64,000 bases of DNA from Selaginella moellendorffii. Taxonomy: Eukaryota > Plantae > Lycopodiophyta. Of this stretch, positions 1 through 12,130 are shown piece after piece (the first letter of the stretch is position 1; each line of letters starts with the position of its first letter). The translations under genes were made by a program, and so were the position numbers. The notes under the pieces are model-generated. The model ran no database searches. It worked only from the letters and a program-made list of their open reading frames with translations, and was not told the DNA's origin. The DNA is taken from positions 2,337,419 to 2,401,418 of the forward strand of contig NW_003314275.1 of assembly GCF_000143415.4 (NCBI RefSeq), read 5' to 3'.

Positions 1-2393
1 GCCTTGGAACACGGTGGACCCCAAGACATCAAAGCGAGGGACATCTCCACACAAGGGAGCTTCCCATCTCCCGCCTGCGGAAGAAACCAGGCGCAGTGGA
101 CTTCGGCCTGGACCCCGAGCGGATGCTGAAACTTGTTAGTTAACTCTCTCGAGGTTGATCAGCACAGGCGTGCGGCGGAAGTATCTGTTCGTGACCAGAA
201 GCCCAATGTGGTGGAGGTGGTCCCTTTCCAGCTCCTGTACCATTTCCTGATCCTCTCCTGGCCAGTTACCCGAACTTTAACACCACGAAGGCTAAGCGCC
301 TCTCCCACTTTGTGTCGCTCATCTGAGAATACCACCAGCCTCTTGTAACTTCGAAATAGCTGCTTCCAATATGCTCCACCTTTACCTCCTCGTCGATCGC
401 CACCTGGTGGAGCTGGCACACACCTTCCAGCGTTACCCTTGCCGGCTCTATCTGCTTGCAGCCTGCAGGTACAGGAGGAGAGTGCACAGAAATAATTGCA
501 TCCTGATGCCGATACAGAACAGCCTTCACCTGCGAAAAGCAAAGTGGATTTAAAACACGGTGAGAGAGCTGAAATTTAAAGTTGGCATGACCATACCTTA
601 TGAGCAGGCAGCTTCTCAACCTCCACAACGAGCACCCGGCGCACGTCTCCCACCTCCATGCTCAGGAAGGAGCTGGGTGTCCCAACCAGAACATCACAAC
701 ACTTACAGCCCATATCCCGAAGGAACGTCCATGAGTTTTATGAGCTGTGCAACCCTGTGCTCTGGAGCCAGCAGTAATGCCGAAGAATCGGTTGCGTCTT
801 TGTTCTGGACAAGGCATGGTACACATGCCAGCACTCCAGATCAATCCTCGAACACAACCATCATCATGTCACTGAGGTCCCCTGCCTTCCACGCAAAGTT
901 ATAAAGCCACGAAGAGTTCACGGCCTGGTTAAGCCACCAGCCCACATGGACGGTGAGTTTCTTGCCGTCTTACACGAGCATCTGTCTGAGCTGCGTTATA
1001 AACCCGTTCTAATCTTTCAAGTGTTTTTGCAGAAGCTGCAGCTTGTCCTGGATTGAGTGATATTATCTTCTGAACCGAAGAAACGGGAGCGGACGGAATG
1101 TGTATATGACCAGCGCAGCAAAGGTGCAGCCAAACATTAGGCCTGATAACGCAAACTCACAAGCTTCCTCTTGGGTCGCCAACACAATGTCTAGACCATG
1201 TATCATCCACTCGTGGTGCTTAACGTTAGGCGAGGATACCAGTCACGTGTGGACATTCGAAGGTTTTGAACAGTGGATCCCGTGATAACAAGCACCTTGG
1301 TCATGCCAAAAAACCGCAGCAGCTCCAGGCTCCTGAGAACAAACGGAGTGTTCCCAATATTAGCTGCAAGCACAAATGCAGAGCATATTCTTAGCAAAAA
1401 TCGATCGATCTTATTTGACATACCGCTGATGTACTTCTACACAGTACAAATACTCACGACAGGAACCCGCACCAAGCTTGCAGAATCTGGCGACTAGTGA
1501 AGCAATCGGTGAAGACTGCATCATCGCCGCAGGCTCTGTGCAGAGAAGCAGGACCCGCCATCGCGCTCCTGATGAAAAACGCTGGATCGAGCTGCTGTGT
1601 TAGGTTGGTGGAGTCCGCACTTCCGTTCTTTGCAATGCACTGTGCCCCACGGACTTTCGGCTGCCTTGATGAACACAAATGATGCTTGAGCCATGCCCCC
1701 ATCATTGATGGTATTCGGGTAGCACAGCGACAAACAATTCGGAAGTACACATTTACTAACAAGATGTCTCGAAGTCTCGGACTTCTGCTGCCAGATTCGA
1801 TCTGTCTTACTGTTTTTCTTGCAGGTTGTGGTGACCGACATGTAAGAGAATCATCTGAAACACACCATCTTATTACCAGTGTTGCATTTCCAGCCCAGCT
1901 TATTCAGCATGGACGGAGATTTTGGGCATTGATTGTCCAACTCAGGGACAGATGTAGCTTTCTTCCGGTTTTAGAGGATGATAATCGCTGGCAGCAGTAT
2001 AATGAATGCTTTGAGCTCGGATCTCTTCACGTTTGCCTCGCCCCTCCCGGTGCTGGCGAATCCAACAATCAGTCCCATGAAGATCGTCTGCCATGCAGAG
2101 ACAAGAAAGAATGCGTAAATTGGCTTCTCACGTTCCAAGAGCTACATTGGATGGATTCGCAGCGTACCTGGCTACGCCATACTTGCGATGTTGGCGAGCC
2201 ACAGCCACTCCCAACATTCACACTCGTAGCCGCACAGCCCATGTCGTGCTCTTGGTCTTATGTTTATAATTTATAAGCACAAGATTAACTCCTTTTTCTT
2301 TTTTTGGATTCTCTAGAATATTCTTAAGAACTGTGAATCACGTTATTGCCCATTGCCAGCGGTCTTGGTAAACGAAAGTCAAAGAAGGTGGTG

Positions 2394-2588
2394 AGGAGGT
2401 TTCGATCCTCCGACCCGTGGGTCACGCGAGAGAGAGTGCGATGGATGATCCAGCAAATGAAGTGCCGCTGATGATCAAGGGGCTTGTCGGGCAGCCATCG
2501 CTTGCACAGCAGCGCCAAATCCTCCACCGCTACTCTGGCCCGGGTTGCAAGTTCTACAACATTTACATCAACATGCGCGGCCTGGAGT
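2394..2588 (+). pseudogene. Truncated duplicate of the tRNA-iMet/NTF2-like gene unit (tRNA 3'-half fragment plus the first ~50 codons of the gene)
   Basis: 2394-2422 (gaggtttcgatcctccgacccgtgggt) nearly matches 3739-3765 inside the tRNA. It is followed by a short (GA)n run and ATG 2441 MDDPANEVPLMIKGLVGQPSLAQQRQILHRY, paralogous to MENPAKEVPKVIEGLVGRPSLAQQRQILHRY at 3944. Similarity ends near 2588. Confidence 0.85.
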
Positions 2589-2737
2589 CGCTAAAACCAT
2601 GTTCAACTATCCATTTAATATTTTGAAGCAGGTTTTTGGTTGAGATGTTTTCAGGGGTAATCTCATGTTTATAATTGAGGTGCCTTGCAAAGTTGTTGGT
2701 TACATTCCTCTGATCTAGCAAAATAATATTAACAAAC

Positions 2738-3658
2738 TTAATAAGAAGATGGAGCCAAGCAATACAGAAACTGGTCGCTGTCTTCCTCGCTCACATCCAT
2801 TATATACCACTGGCGGCTAACCTGGTCAAATGCAAGGATTGCCCGGTCCATAAGGATAGCCATGTACTTGCACCCTTTGGCATGAGCAGGATAAATGGAT
2901 CCCACGTAATTATCCAGGTTGCTGCAGTCGGATTTGCGATACATTGGGCCGAAAGGAAGCCATTTCATCAGCTGACTGTCCCACTGGTAAATCTCAACCT
3001 GATCATCCACAAGCGGTACAGCATAGTCCCCAGAATACACAACCAGGAGCATGAGCTCGTTGTAGAAGCCTTTGAAGCACCGGCAAATGCCATTGGGAAA
3101 ACCCCAATTCTCGTACGTGATTCCCTCAGGCTTTGTGAAACCGGGGTGTTGATACAGCTTATCTTCTGCAAAGTCGTATACATCTCCCAGCTGAGTTGCG
3201 ACGCGGTTGTCTACATGGTACGCGGCTTCCCAGCCCCCTTTTTCTATACGCTCCACACGGTCGCATGAATCCATCTCCCTCTCCACGTTGCAGCTCTGAA
3301 CCCAGACGTTGCTCTTTGAAGTGTACATAAACTTGTCAACCAGGAGCGTAAACTCCCCAGCCTCTGGAGCGTCCGCAATCAGATAAACATGCAACTAGAA
3401 CCGAACCGTCCCATCCTTGTACCAGTTGTAGCCAGGATGCCAAGGGATGGGTGCCCAAATCCCAGTCAAGGGGCTCCCAACAAGCCCCTGCTTCAAATCG
3501 AAATTCTCCACGTACATGAGGTTGGAGTCTGTGGCCATGATTTCGAAACCCTCCTCGATCCTGACGGGCCTCAACTCTTGTTTGTGAGGCACCCACGCTT
3601 GCAATTCACCTGAGATCGGCACCAGCACTAGAGACTCGCCCGCAAGAGCCCTGGCCAT
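2738..3658 (-). pseudogene. Single-exon beta-rich protein gene (possibly F-box-associated/propeller-like) interrupted by an in-frame TAG
   Basis: ORFs 3395..3658 and 2738..3394 are in the same frame and separated only by TAG at 3395-3397. W/Y/D-rich beta-strand patterns (YTSKSNVWV, YQWDSQLMKW, FDQVSRQWY). The family assignment is tentative. Confidence 0.5.
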
Positions 3659-3729
3659 GTTAGTAAAAGGAAACTAAGGGTGCTCTTTAATATACGATAT
3701 TTTAGGGTATAAAAAGGGTCAGTTAGATT

Positions 3730-3801
3730 TATCAGAGGGAGGTTTCGATCCTCCGACCTGTGGGTTATGGGCCCACCACGCTTCCGCTGCGCCACTCTGA
3801 T
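3730..3801 (-). tRNA. tRNA-iMet (CAT), cytosolic initiator
   Basis: The reverse complement reads ATCAGAGTGGCGCAGCGGAAGCGTGGTGGGCCCATAACCCACAGGTCGGAGGATCGAAACCTCCCTCTGATA. It has A1-U72, a GTGGG/CCCAC anticodon stem, a CAT anticodon and an initiator-type ATCGAAA T-loop, matching the plant iMet pattern. Confidence 0.97.
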
Positions 3802-3881
3802 CTTTACATAAAAAAATAATTAAATATCATTAACTACCTTTTTCCTTTTTCATTTTTTTCCATGCTATCTGGCAAATTCTC

Positions 3882-3903
3882 AGAGAGAGAGAGAGAGAGA
3901 GTG

Positions 3904-3936
<33 letters not shown>

Positions 3937-3937
3937 T
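3882..3937. repeat. Compound (GA)n(GT)n(GA)n microsatellite just upstream of the NTF2-like gene
   Basis: Read directly from the sequence. Confidence 0.95.
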
Positions 3938-3943
3938 GTGGCG

Positions 3944-4526
3944 ATGGAGAATCCAGCAAAGGAAGTGCCGAAGGTGATCGAGGGGCTCGTCGGGCGGCCA
4001 TCGCTCGCGCAGCAGCGCCAAATCCTCCACCGCTACTTCGCCCCGGATTGCGAGTTCTACCACATTTACATCAACACGCGCGGCCTGGAGGATCTCTCGT
4101 CCATCTACCAGTTCGCCGAGACCATGTTCAACTACCAGGGCGTCAAGTTCCACACCGTCGCCTACGACGCCGCGCAGGAGGTGGTGGCGGTGCGCATGAC
4201 GGTGCGCATCTGCCCATGGATCCGCCTTGGCACGCCCGTGGATCTCGAGTTCTTCACGATGCTCGAGCTGGAGAAGTTCCAGGACGAGGTATTGGATTCT
4301 TCGGTTTCTCGAGAGTGCTGGAACTATTTTCTTCTTGTTCTTCTTGCAGGATGGAAGGGAGCTCAAACGCATCAAGGTGCAGCGAGATTTCTTCCAGCGA
4401 TCGCCTCTGCTTCAAGCCATCCCCTTCCTCGGAGAGATCTACTCGTGGAATTTGTGGAGGGATCTCCTCGGCCGCGTGGACGCTGCCTTTTTCCGTCTCG
4501 TCCAGAGATTGGTGGCATGGGTCTAA
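3944..4526 (+). CDS. NTF2/SnoaL-like fold protein, 2 exons (3944-4288, 4350-4526)
   Basis: A GT-AG intron at 4289-4349 joins ...ELEKFQDE to DGRELKRIKVQRDFFQRSP...LVAWV*. High-GC3 codon usage. The YFAPDCEFYH, VAYD and RIKVQRD patterns fit an NTF2/SnoaL-like fold. Confidence 0.75.
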
Positions 4527-4632
4527 AGTCTTGCATAGCATGTACGAGAATGGAAGTGAAAGCAAATAAAAAAAATCTTCCTTTCTTATGATTTTTTTTT
4601 TTTTTTTGCCTGTTCTTCGTGAGCTCCCACCA

Positions 4633-6267
4633 TCACCAGAGCTTTTCGGCGATTTGCACGGCGTTGAGAGCTGCTCCTTTGCGTATTTGATCGCCGCACA
4701 CGAAGATGTCTAGCCTGATAGAAAATGCGAGCGTTTTCCTGGGTGAAATCCACAGTGCAAACGGAAAAAATAAAATGTGCTCACCCGTGGTGGCCATCTT
4801 GAGAGAGATCGCGCCGTATCCTTCCCACAGCAACATCATTCGTGCTCGACACCTGGGGTTCAAGAAAGTGANNNNNNNNNNNNNNNNNNNNNNNNNNNNN
4901 NNNNNNNNNNNNNNNNNNNNNNNNNNNNNNNNNNNNNNNNNNNNNNNNNNNNNNNNNNNNNNNNNNNNNNNATAAGCGATCGTGAATAGCAAGTCTACCT
5001 CGTCCACTGGCTTTTCGAATTGTAGATTAATGCTTTCGGCGTGAGCTCTCATCACGGGGACACGAACACAAGTAGCTGTGACACGGACTTCATCGTCATC
5101 CTGAGACACCATACGTCAAACTACAAGAAATAGTCAAGGAAAATAAAGTACCCAGATTTTTCGAGTTTCTTTCACAAGCTTAAGTTCTTCCTCGTTGTAG
5201 CCATTTTCCTTGACGGACGAGTTGTGGGAGAAGAGATTGAAAGCGTACTGTGAGAGACAAACGTTAGCCATTCCTAAAAACCATATTATTTGGAAAAACC
5301 ACCTGCTGGTTGAAAATTTTGCACGTAGGCTCTTTTCCTTCCAGGACCTCACGCGTTTGCTGCTCAAGCTCCGCCATGGCAGCGGCACCAGCTCCACTCG
5401 CAGCTTGGTAAGTGCTCACGACCATGCGCTTTACCTACAAACATCCCAGTTACTAAAGCTTGGAAGCAGCAGCAACACATTCTTAAATCACCTTAGCGTG
5501 ACGATGAAGAGGTGTGACAGCCATGAGGCATATAATCGTGGAACAGTTTGGGTTGGCAATGAGAGCTCCCTTTTTGTTGCTCAATCTTATGTGTGCCATG
5601 GCATCTGGATTTACCTACATTTTCTCTACAAATCAGCATTGAAAAACGCAACCAAAGAGAACTAACACGAACACTTGCCTCAGGAATGACAAGGGGAACA
5701 CCATCCACCATTCGAAACGCGGAGCTATTGTCGACAACAATCACACCTTTGTCGACCGCAACTGGTCCAAATTCCTTGCTGCAAAGCTTGAGAGAGTTAG
5801 ATTTTTCCTTCTCTAGCGTTAAGTTTCTCAAACCAACGTTACCTGATAGATCCACCAGCGCTGAAGAGAGCAATGTCGACACCATTGAAGGACTCATCCG
5901 TGAGTTCCTCCACGACATAGTCCCGGTCCTAGAAAGTAAAGAGAATCACGATCGCGCCACGAGTGAAAGAAAGAGTTTCACACACCTGGAACGTCATGTG
6001 TTTGCCGGCGGATCTCTTGCTAGCCAGGAGCTTAAGCTTGCCATACGGGAAATCGCGATCGTCAAGAACACTAAGAAATTCCTGGCCGACGGCGCCAGTC
6101 ACGCCAACGACAGCCACAGTCGGCCCATTCTCGCTCAGCGCCATCGTCACGACGCCGCATTGCTTGCGCCGCCTGGAGACTACAACCCTGTGCTGCGATC
6201 GCTGCGAAGACGAGGAGAGAAACGAAGAGATCTGGATGCTCCCGGGCTGGAGCTTGAGAAGCGCCAT
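4633..6267 (-). CDS. ASD: Aspartate-semialdehyde dehydrogenase with plastid transit peptide, multi-exon, spanning an N gap
   Basis: Exon motifs include [74 protein letters not shown] and [17 protein letters not shown]. Confidence 0.96.
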
Positions 6268-6422
6268 CGCGTAAAACCCCAGTAGCCGCCATCACAGCAG
6301 TAGGGTTCTTCGTTTTTATATTTTTCGTTCGTGGAAGAGAGTGAAAGAGAGAGAGGAGAGACAAATAAATTTCCAGGGTTTAGGGTTTTCTTGGATCGAT
6401 CGTTGCCGCGGGCGCGAGGATG
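6268..6422. promoter_or_regulatory. Probable bidirectional promoter (ASD / APC7) with a telo-box
   Basis: Only ~155 bp separate the head-to-head start codons. It contains AGGGTTTAGGGTTT (telo-box, AAACCCTA on the - strand) near 6375-6388. Confidence 0.6.
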
Positions 6423-8998
6423 ATGGAGATCCTGCGCGAGCAGATGGGATTCTTGCTCGATCAAGGCTTGCACGACTCTGCAGAGATTTTGGTAGATCTT
6501 TCTTGGATCTATTCGTGTGATTTTGGAGTGAATGGCGGCATTGCAGGGCTCGTTTCTTCTGTGCGCGGCCGCGTCCAACAACGATCTGGCTCCTACCGTT
6601 CGCGCCGAGAATATGGTATGGAGTTTCTTTGCGGGAGTGATCGCTTTTGTGAAATCTTTCTGCCGGTCTAGGTGTTGTTTGGCGATGCTTTGTATGGAAG
6701 AAGAGAGTACAAAAGGGCTCTTGTAAGTTCCTCTAGCGTTTTTTCTTTTGTTCCATGCTTGATCTGGTTTGTTTTTGTTTCCTGTTTTTCAGAACTTTTA
6801 TCGGCAAGCATTACAACAATGTAGAGTAACGTTGAAACCAAACACGGCTGTCACGAGAAGCACTCTTTCTTCGACAGGAAGTCGACCATCGTCCGCAAAC
6901 TCAAGTTATTGTGGTACTATCAATGACAATGAGGTATGCTTCGATTTTCTACGTTCCAGGCATCACTCTCGTTTCTCTTGTCTGTGTCTCCAGGTGAAGT
7001 ACAAAATAGCTCTCTGTCATATGGGCTTGCGCGACACTCGCTCGGCTCTTACAGAGGTTCGTCTTGCCAAACATCTACAAGAGACAGAATAAATCCAACG
7101 CACCATCTTATCCCAGTGATTGCAGATGGAAGCCATACCATCAAAAGCCAGGACGCTGCGTATAAATCTCACGCTAGCAAAGCTCTACCGTGTTACGGGC
7201 TACGACCGAGCGGCGGTCGCTTCATATCGAGAGTGTCTAAGGTAGTTTCTCAAGTACTATCTGTTTGCTCTTTATCTGTTTTCTGACAGGCAATGCCCAT
7301 ACGTCTTGGAGGCCATTATAGCACTGGCTGAGCTTGGAATACCTGCGAAAGATATTCAGCTTCTTTTTCCTCAGGTATGAGAAGTACTTACATTTTGGAA
7401 CTTATTTTTTATTTTATATGCAGACTCCTAGCAAGGTTGCTCGAGCACCCTCTGATGGTCACGAATCTTCACGCTTGCTACAGGTATAATGAAACTGGTA
7501 CTGTTCGGAGTCTGATATATGTTTCCTTCAGAAACTTACCGAGGTTCATTGCGGGATTGCATCTTTGGACTATAAAGGTATCTATAGTTTCTATGGTCTT
7601 GTAGTTAATTTCAGTTTCCTGTAGGAGCTTTAGAGAATTTAAACCAGCTCGCACAACGTTTTCCAAATAACCTACATGTTTTACTAGAGACAGGGAAGGT
7701 AATCGCTTTTGTGAGTTTTCTGTTAAGCGATAGGAAAAGTTTATATTTCGGTTAAATGCTCACATTCTGGCAGGTTGAAGGAGCTTTGGGGAGAGGCGAT
7801 GAAGCAGTTCACAGCTTTGAGAAGGTGAGACCTTTTCTGTTTTCTATTACGTCGATTAATGCGTACGAAGTTTATGTTCCAGTCACGGCAAGTAGATCCC
7901 TGTAACTTGACAGATATGGACGAGTATGCGATGCTGCTTAGAATGAGAGGTGATACTGCCGAAATGAACCGTCTAGTTTATGACCTGCTCAATGTTGATG
8001 CCGGAAGGCCGGAAGTATGGGTCTCATCTGCTGTTTATTGGGAAACACGTGATGACAGAGTTCGCGCTCTCAGTTATGCTGATAAGGTGACCGCTATTCT
8101 TCAGGTATCATATTGATTAATCCGTGTTCGGTTTCAGAGTATACGTGTTGCTGACCGTCATACACCGGCGTATCTTATGAAGGTATTCATATTTCGTTGA
8201 AAATAATCTTTTCTGATCTTTTTTTTGAAGGGGAATCTATCTTTATCTTTGAACCACTCTGAAGCTGCTGTGATGGCTTTTAGAAAAGCTCAATCTTTAA
8301 AACCAGATCTCCGATCCTATCAAGGTATGAAAAACCGCAGAGCTTCGTGTATTCACTTCTTGTGTTGAAGGTCTTGTTAGATCATACCTTGCATTATCGA
8401 AGAACAAAGAAGCTCTCTGTGCTGCCCGCGAAGCCATGAAAGCTATGCCTCATTCTGCCAAGGCTCTCACCCTCGTAGGTGATGTTTATGCACATGTTCC
8501 GGAAGGTCGAGAAAAGGTAAAGCAGCAAAGTTCCAAGATTTTTTACATGCCATGGTTTTTAATTTCCAGGCTCGCAAGTTTTACGAGTCTGCATTGCGCC
8601 TGGAGCCGGGGTATCTTGGTGCTGTGCTTGCGTTGGCAGACTTACACAGAATGGAGTCCCGCAATGAAGAAGCTACACTACTTTTGCAACGTTACCTGCA
8701 GAACTGGGCAGATGATGCTTTGCACACGAAGCTGGCACAGATACTGGCGCTCACAAACAAGCTGGGAGAATCTCTATCACATTATCAGGCTGCTCTGAGG
8801 TAACATGTCATCCTTGCGTTTCAAGTAATAATTGTGTCGAATTTTTGCAGCATCAATCCGCAAAACGAAGCAGCAAGAAAAGGCTTGGAACGTTTGGAAA
8901 AACAAATGAAGGGAGTGGATCCTGATGCACTTGAAGAGGACGAAGAGAATGAAGCAGAAGATGGAGAAGGGGACCCCGAAGAGGCCGAGTTCCTGTAG
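6423..8998 (+). CDS. APC7: Anaphase-promoting complex subunit 7 (TPR protein), many short introns
   Basis: N-terminus MEILREQMGFLLDQGLHDSAEIL..GSFLL..RAENMVLFGDALY..EYKRAL. Also NEVKYKIALCH, CPYVLEAIIALAELG, ARKFYESALRLEPGYLGAVLALADLH, and an acidic C-terminus ending in TAG at 8996-8998. These match plant APC7 as I recall it. Confidence 0.92.
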
Positions 8999-9073
8999 TA
9001 AGTTCCATTACAGCTTTTACATTACTACAGATTTTTACCTGTTGTATAACACTACCATTGGCTTACTCTTTGT

Positions 9074-10473
9074 ATGGCGAGCATCGCTGGGCTCCGCCCT
9101 TGCTGGAGTGATAATCACAGTACCCAGTTGAGGCATTTTTCCAAAGAGCACGGTATCCTTACTGCCCAGGTTTCTAGCAGACGAAAGAAATTGAGATTGA
9201 GATGCAAGGCATCCTCGCAGTCCTCACAACAGCAATCTAGTCTTCTCAGCTTCCTTTGTCCGCTACTCAAGCTCATTGGGGTATGTAATTATCTTTTTTC
9301 TGCCATCAAACGTCTTCTGTCTAGAGTGGCGATCCATCGGCACCACGGAATGGTTTGCTCGAGGTGTGGAAATTTTTCTTTTTTTCGACTTTCAAACAAG
9401 GATTGATTTATGTAGTCTGCGACGTCCGGAATTGCAAGCTTGGCAAGGCTGCCTTGGGGAAAGAACGTCAACACGCAGATTGTATCTTCACGGACGAAGC
9501 AACCACTTGAGCTCTTCAAGCTCTACGAATTCGGTAAAGCTTAAACTCTCGCATTTTTTGGTCGCCTGTTCATTTTTCTTGTTTGTATATAGAGGCCTGT
9601 CCCTTCTGTAGACGAGTGAGAGAAGCATTGACAGAGCTCGATCTTTCTGCCGAGGTAGTGTCTCGCGGAAGTTGCAGATGGAAACTTTTTCAATCTTTGT
9701 GTAGGTGTATCCGTGCCCAAAAGGATCTCGAGTCCATCGTGCGTTTGTGAAAGCGTCTGGAGGCAAAGAGCAGTAAGTGATACACTCTTGTCTGTAACAG
9801 ATTCTCATCGAATATGACAGGTTTCCATTTCTCTTGGATCCAAACACCGGCATGTCAATGTACGAGAGCTGTGAGTAATTTTTCTTTTCATCACAATCAG
9901 CTTGCATGAATGCCTCTGGCAGCCGATATTGTCAACTACTTGTTCCAGGAATATGGTGAGAGAAGGCGGCCAACATTCGGGATTTTAGAAAGGTAACAAG
10001 TTTTACTGAAGTGTAAACTCTTCGGTATTTCATCATAGTGTGTTCCAGCACTTTAGTCACTGGCTGGGTTCCGACGATAATACGAGCAGGGCGAGGCATG
10101 TCACTGTGGAATGGAGCATTGCCAGATCCTCCACAGAAGCTCCTTGAGCTATACTCATACGAGAACAACCAGGTAAAGCGCTGTGTTTTCAAAGAATTCT
10201 AAAAGTTTTTTGGTAGTTTGCAAGGCTCGTAAGAGAAGCCCTGTGCGAGCTGGAACTTCCTTACATCCTCTGGAACACGGGCAAAGGGTCACTTAATTGC
10301 TCCAAGCTCAAGCAAATCTCGGGTTCAACACAGGTAACCTTTTGATCTATTTTTCCCTTCATTATCATTGTCAAGAACAGGTTCCATATCTGGTTGATCC
10401 CAACACCGGCATACAAATGGCAGAGTCTCTTGACATAATCCGCTATCTCTTCGCTAACTATAATTCGAAGTGA
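9074..10473 (+). CDS. Plastid-targeted tandem GST-N/thioredoxin-fold protein (At4g10000-like), multi-exon
   Basis: Transit-peptide-like N-terminus. Motifs LYEFEACPFCRRVREALTELDL, YPCPKGS, QFPFLLDPNTG, LYSYENNQFARLVREALCELELPY and QVPYLVDPNTG. TGA at 10471-10473. Confidence 0.9.
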
Positions 10474-10599
10474 TGTTGATGGAGAGTTTCCTTGGATTGA
10501 TCAGCTATCATCGTGTTTGGTACTAATAGTGTATCGAGCTTTAATCCCAAGAACAAGGAAATGGCAGTTGCTACCATCAGCAAACGGAGGTGCCAGCTA

Positions 10600-12130
10600 A
10601 ACAGCAGTGTTCCCACGTACGGAAAATGTACGGGGTGATCTTGACTAGACAGATAAAGAGGTTAGGGCAGGCATTCCTTTTGTACCCCATTTTTGAAGAA
10701 ATGAGGCATTTGGCACATCACCTGGTCGCTTTTCTGCTACGGCCGGGAACGAGCTCAAGGTTGGGAGGTATGGGTCATGATGTGAGGATCGTTCGTGATT
10801 TGGGGTCGTGTCCTTCTTGGTAGGAAGAGAGGCAATTCTGCTTCGCATGCATCCAGGATGTCCCTGGATGTCCTGGACTGAGAAAACCCAAAACGATGGC
10901 TGGGACAGCAGTGCTTGGGCAGAATTTGAGAGCTTTGGATGCGCACACAGTGGCTATCATCCCTGGACACATTGATGAAAGGAAAGTGTTAGGTCTTTCT
11001 TTCTTGACTTCTCGACTCACTGACCAAACTTTTTGTGACGAGGTTTGAAGTTCTGGAGAGCAAGGACGAGCTTGATCTCATTGGACAACAACCACCAGAA
11101 CCGCTGCGGCAGTTTAACCAGCGCTTTCAGTCTTATATTCGTAAATTCGTCCTGTGTGGCGACTTGATACGGCTGTGCATCACTTTGCCAAGTTCCAGCC
11201 TTCTTGGATTGGTCCTTATCAGGTACTTTCTCGTGCTGGCACTAATTCGTATTGGCTAGCAGAGTTGACGGGCAGGAAACCGAGTTCATCTCAAACGGTA
11301 TTTCTTTTGACTGGTACAGTTCACGTTTCGTTTCTATTGTTTTAATGCTGTGAGTGTCTTTGCGAGAACTATTTTGTTACTCACAGGCCCGAACCTGATT
11401 CGGGAGCAGGACACTGTCTCCTGGGATAAGTTCTGTCGCATTCGCGATGCGGAGACAGCTTGTTGAGGGGCACGATCCTGTGGTACGTAATGCTTCTCTC
11501 TCCCCTGTCTCTTGAGGTTTCCGATCGTCACAGTTCTGAGGTGCATTCTTTGTCTCAAATCGCTGAGAATGTTAATCTGCATTTCCTTGTTTTCTGTCAT
11601 AACTGTTACATTTGAACTGCTTTCTATGTTTTCTTGTTCCGTGGTCTCGTTCGTCTAGTTGTGGCCTGTCGTTAACAATCTTTCACTGGGGATGGCCAAA
11701 GCGCTTGGTCTCTCTGGCGTTGGAAAGTTTCATGGCGGTTGGTTCTCGTCGACAGTTGGCCAAGTCGCTTGGTCCTTTCGGCTTGTCAATCGACTGCCTA
11801 TGACGGGCTGCTTCAAGGATGGATGAGACACGAGAAATTCATGTGTGATGCCTTTCTGTGCTTATTGTCTTTCTTTCATACCATTGCCTCGGAGCTTGAA
11901 CATCGATGCTACCTCAGAATCTTTGACTTTGGACCTCCAATCACTTGGGATTGAGACTCATTCGCCCCTTGAGAGTGCACTCCATCAACACTGAATCTCT
12001 TAGTATCTGCGCACTTGGGACGTGCTTTCCCCAGTCAGTCGCCAAATACGAAACGTACGGGAGAGTGTTATAAGAGGGTAGACATTCTTTGGATGATGTT
12101 AGTGCATAGGGCATGAAGGGAACCGCCATG
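10600..12130 (+). mobile_element. Decayed Ty3/Gypsy integrase C-terminal remnant (also in the duplicates at ~27620-29150 and ~57370-58900)
   Basis: KFQPSWIGPYQVLSRAGTNSYWLAELTG is a GPY/F motif of Gypsy integrases. There is also an upstream HSGYHP-like fragment. The reading frame is broken. Confidence 0.55.

Noticed and set aside
1-2300. Several 60-200 aa ORFs in GC-balanced sequence
   Set aside because: Possibly exons of lineage-specific genes or pseudogenes, but I could not recognise any motif or consistent splice model.
5593-6285. 230-aa + strand ORF and similar long ORFs (3830..4375, 20926..21693, 45249..45857, 51886..52764)
   Set aside because: These are antisense shadows of real coding sequence on the other strand.
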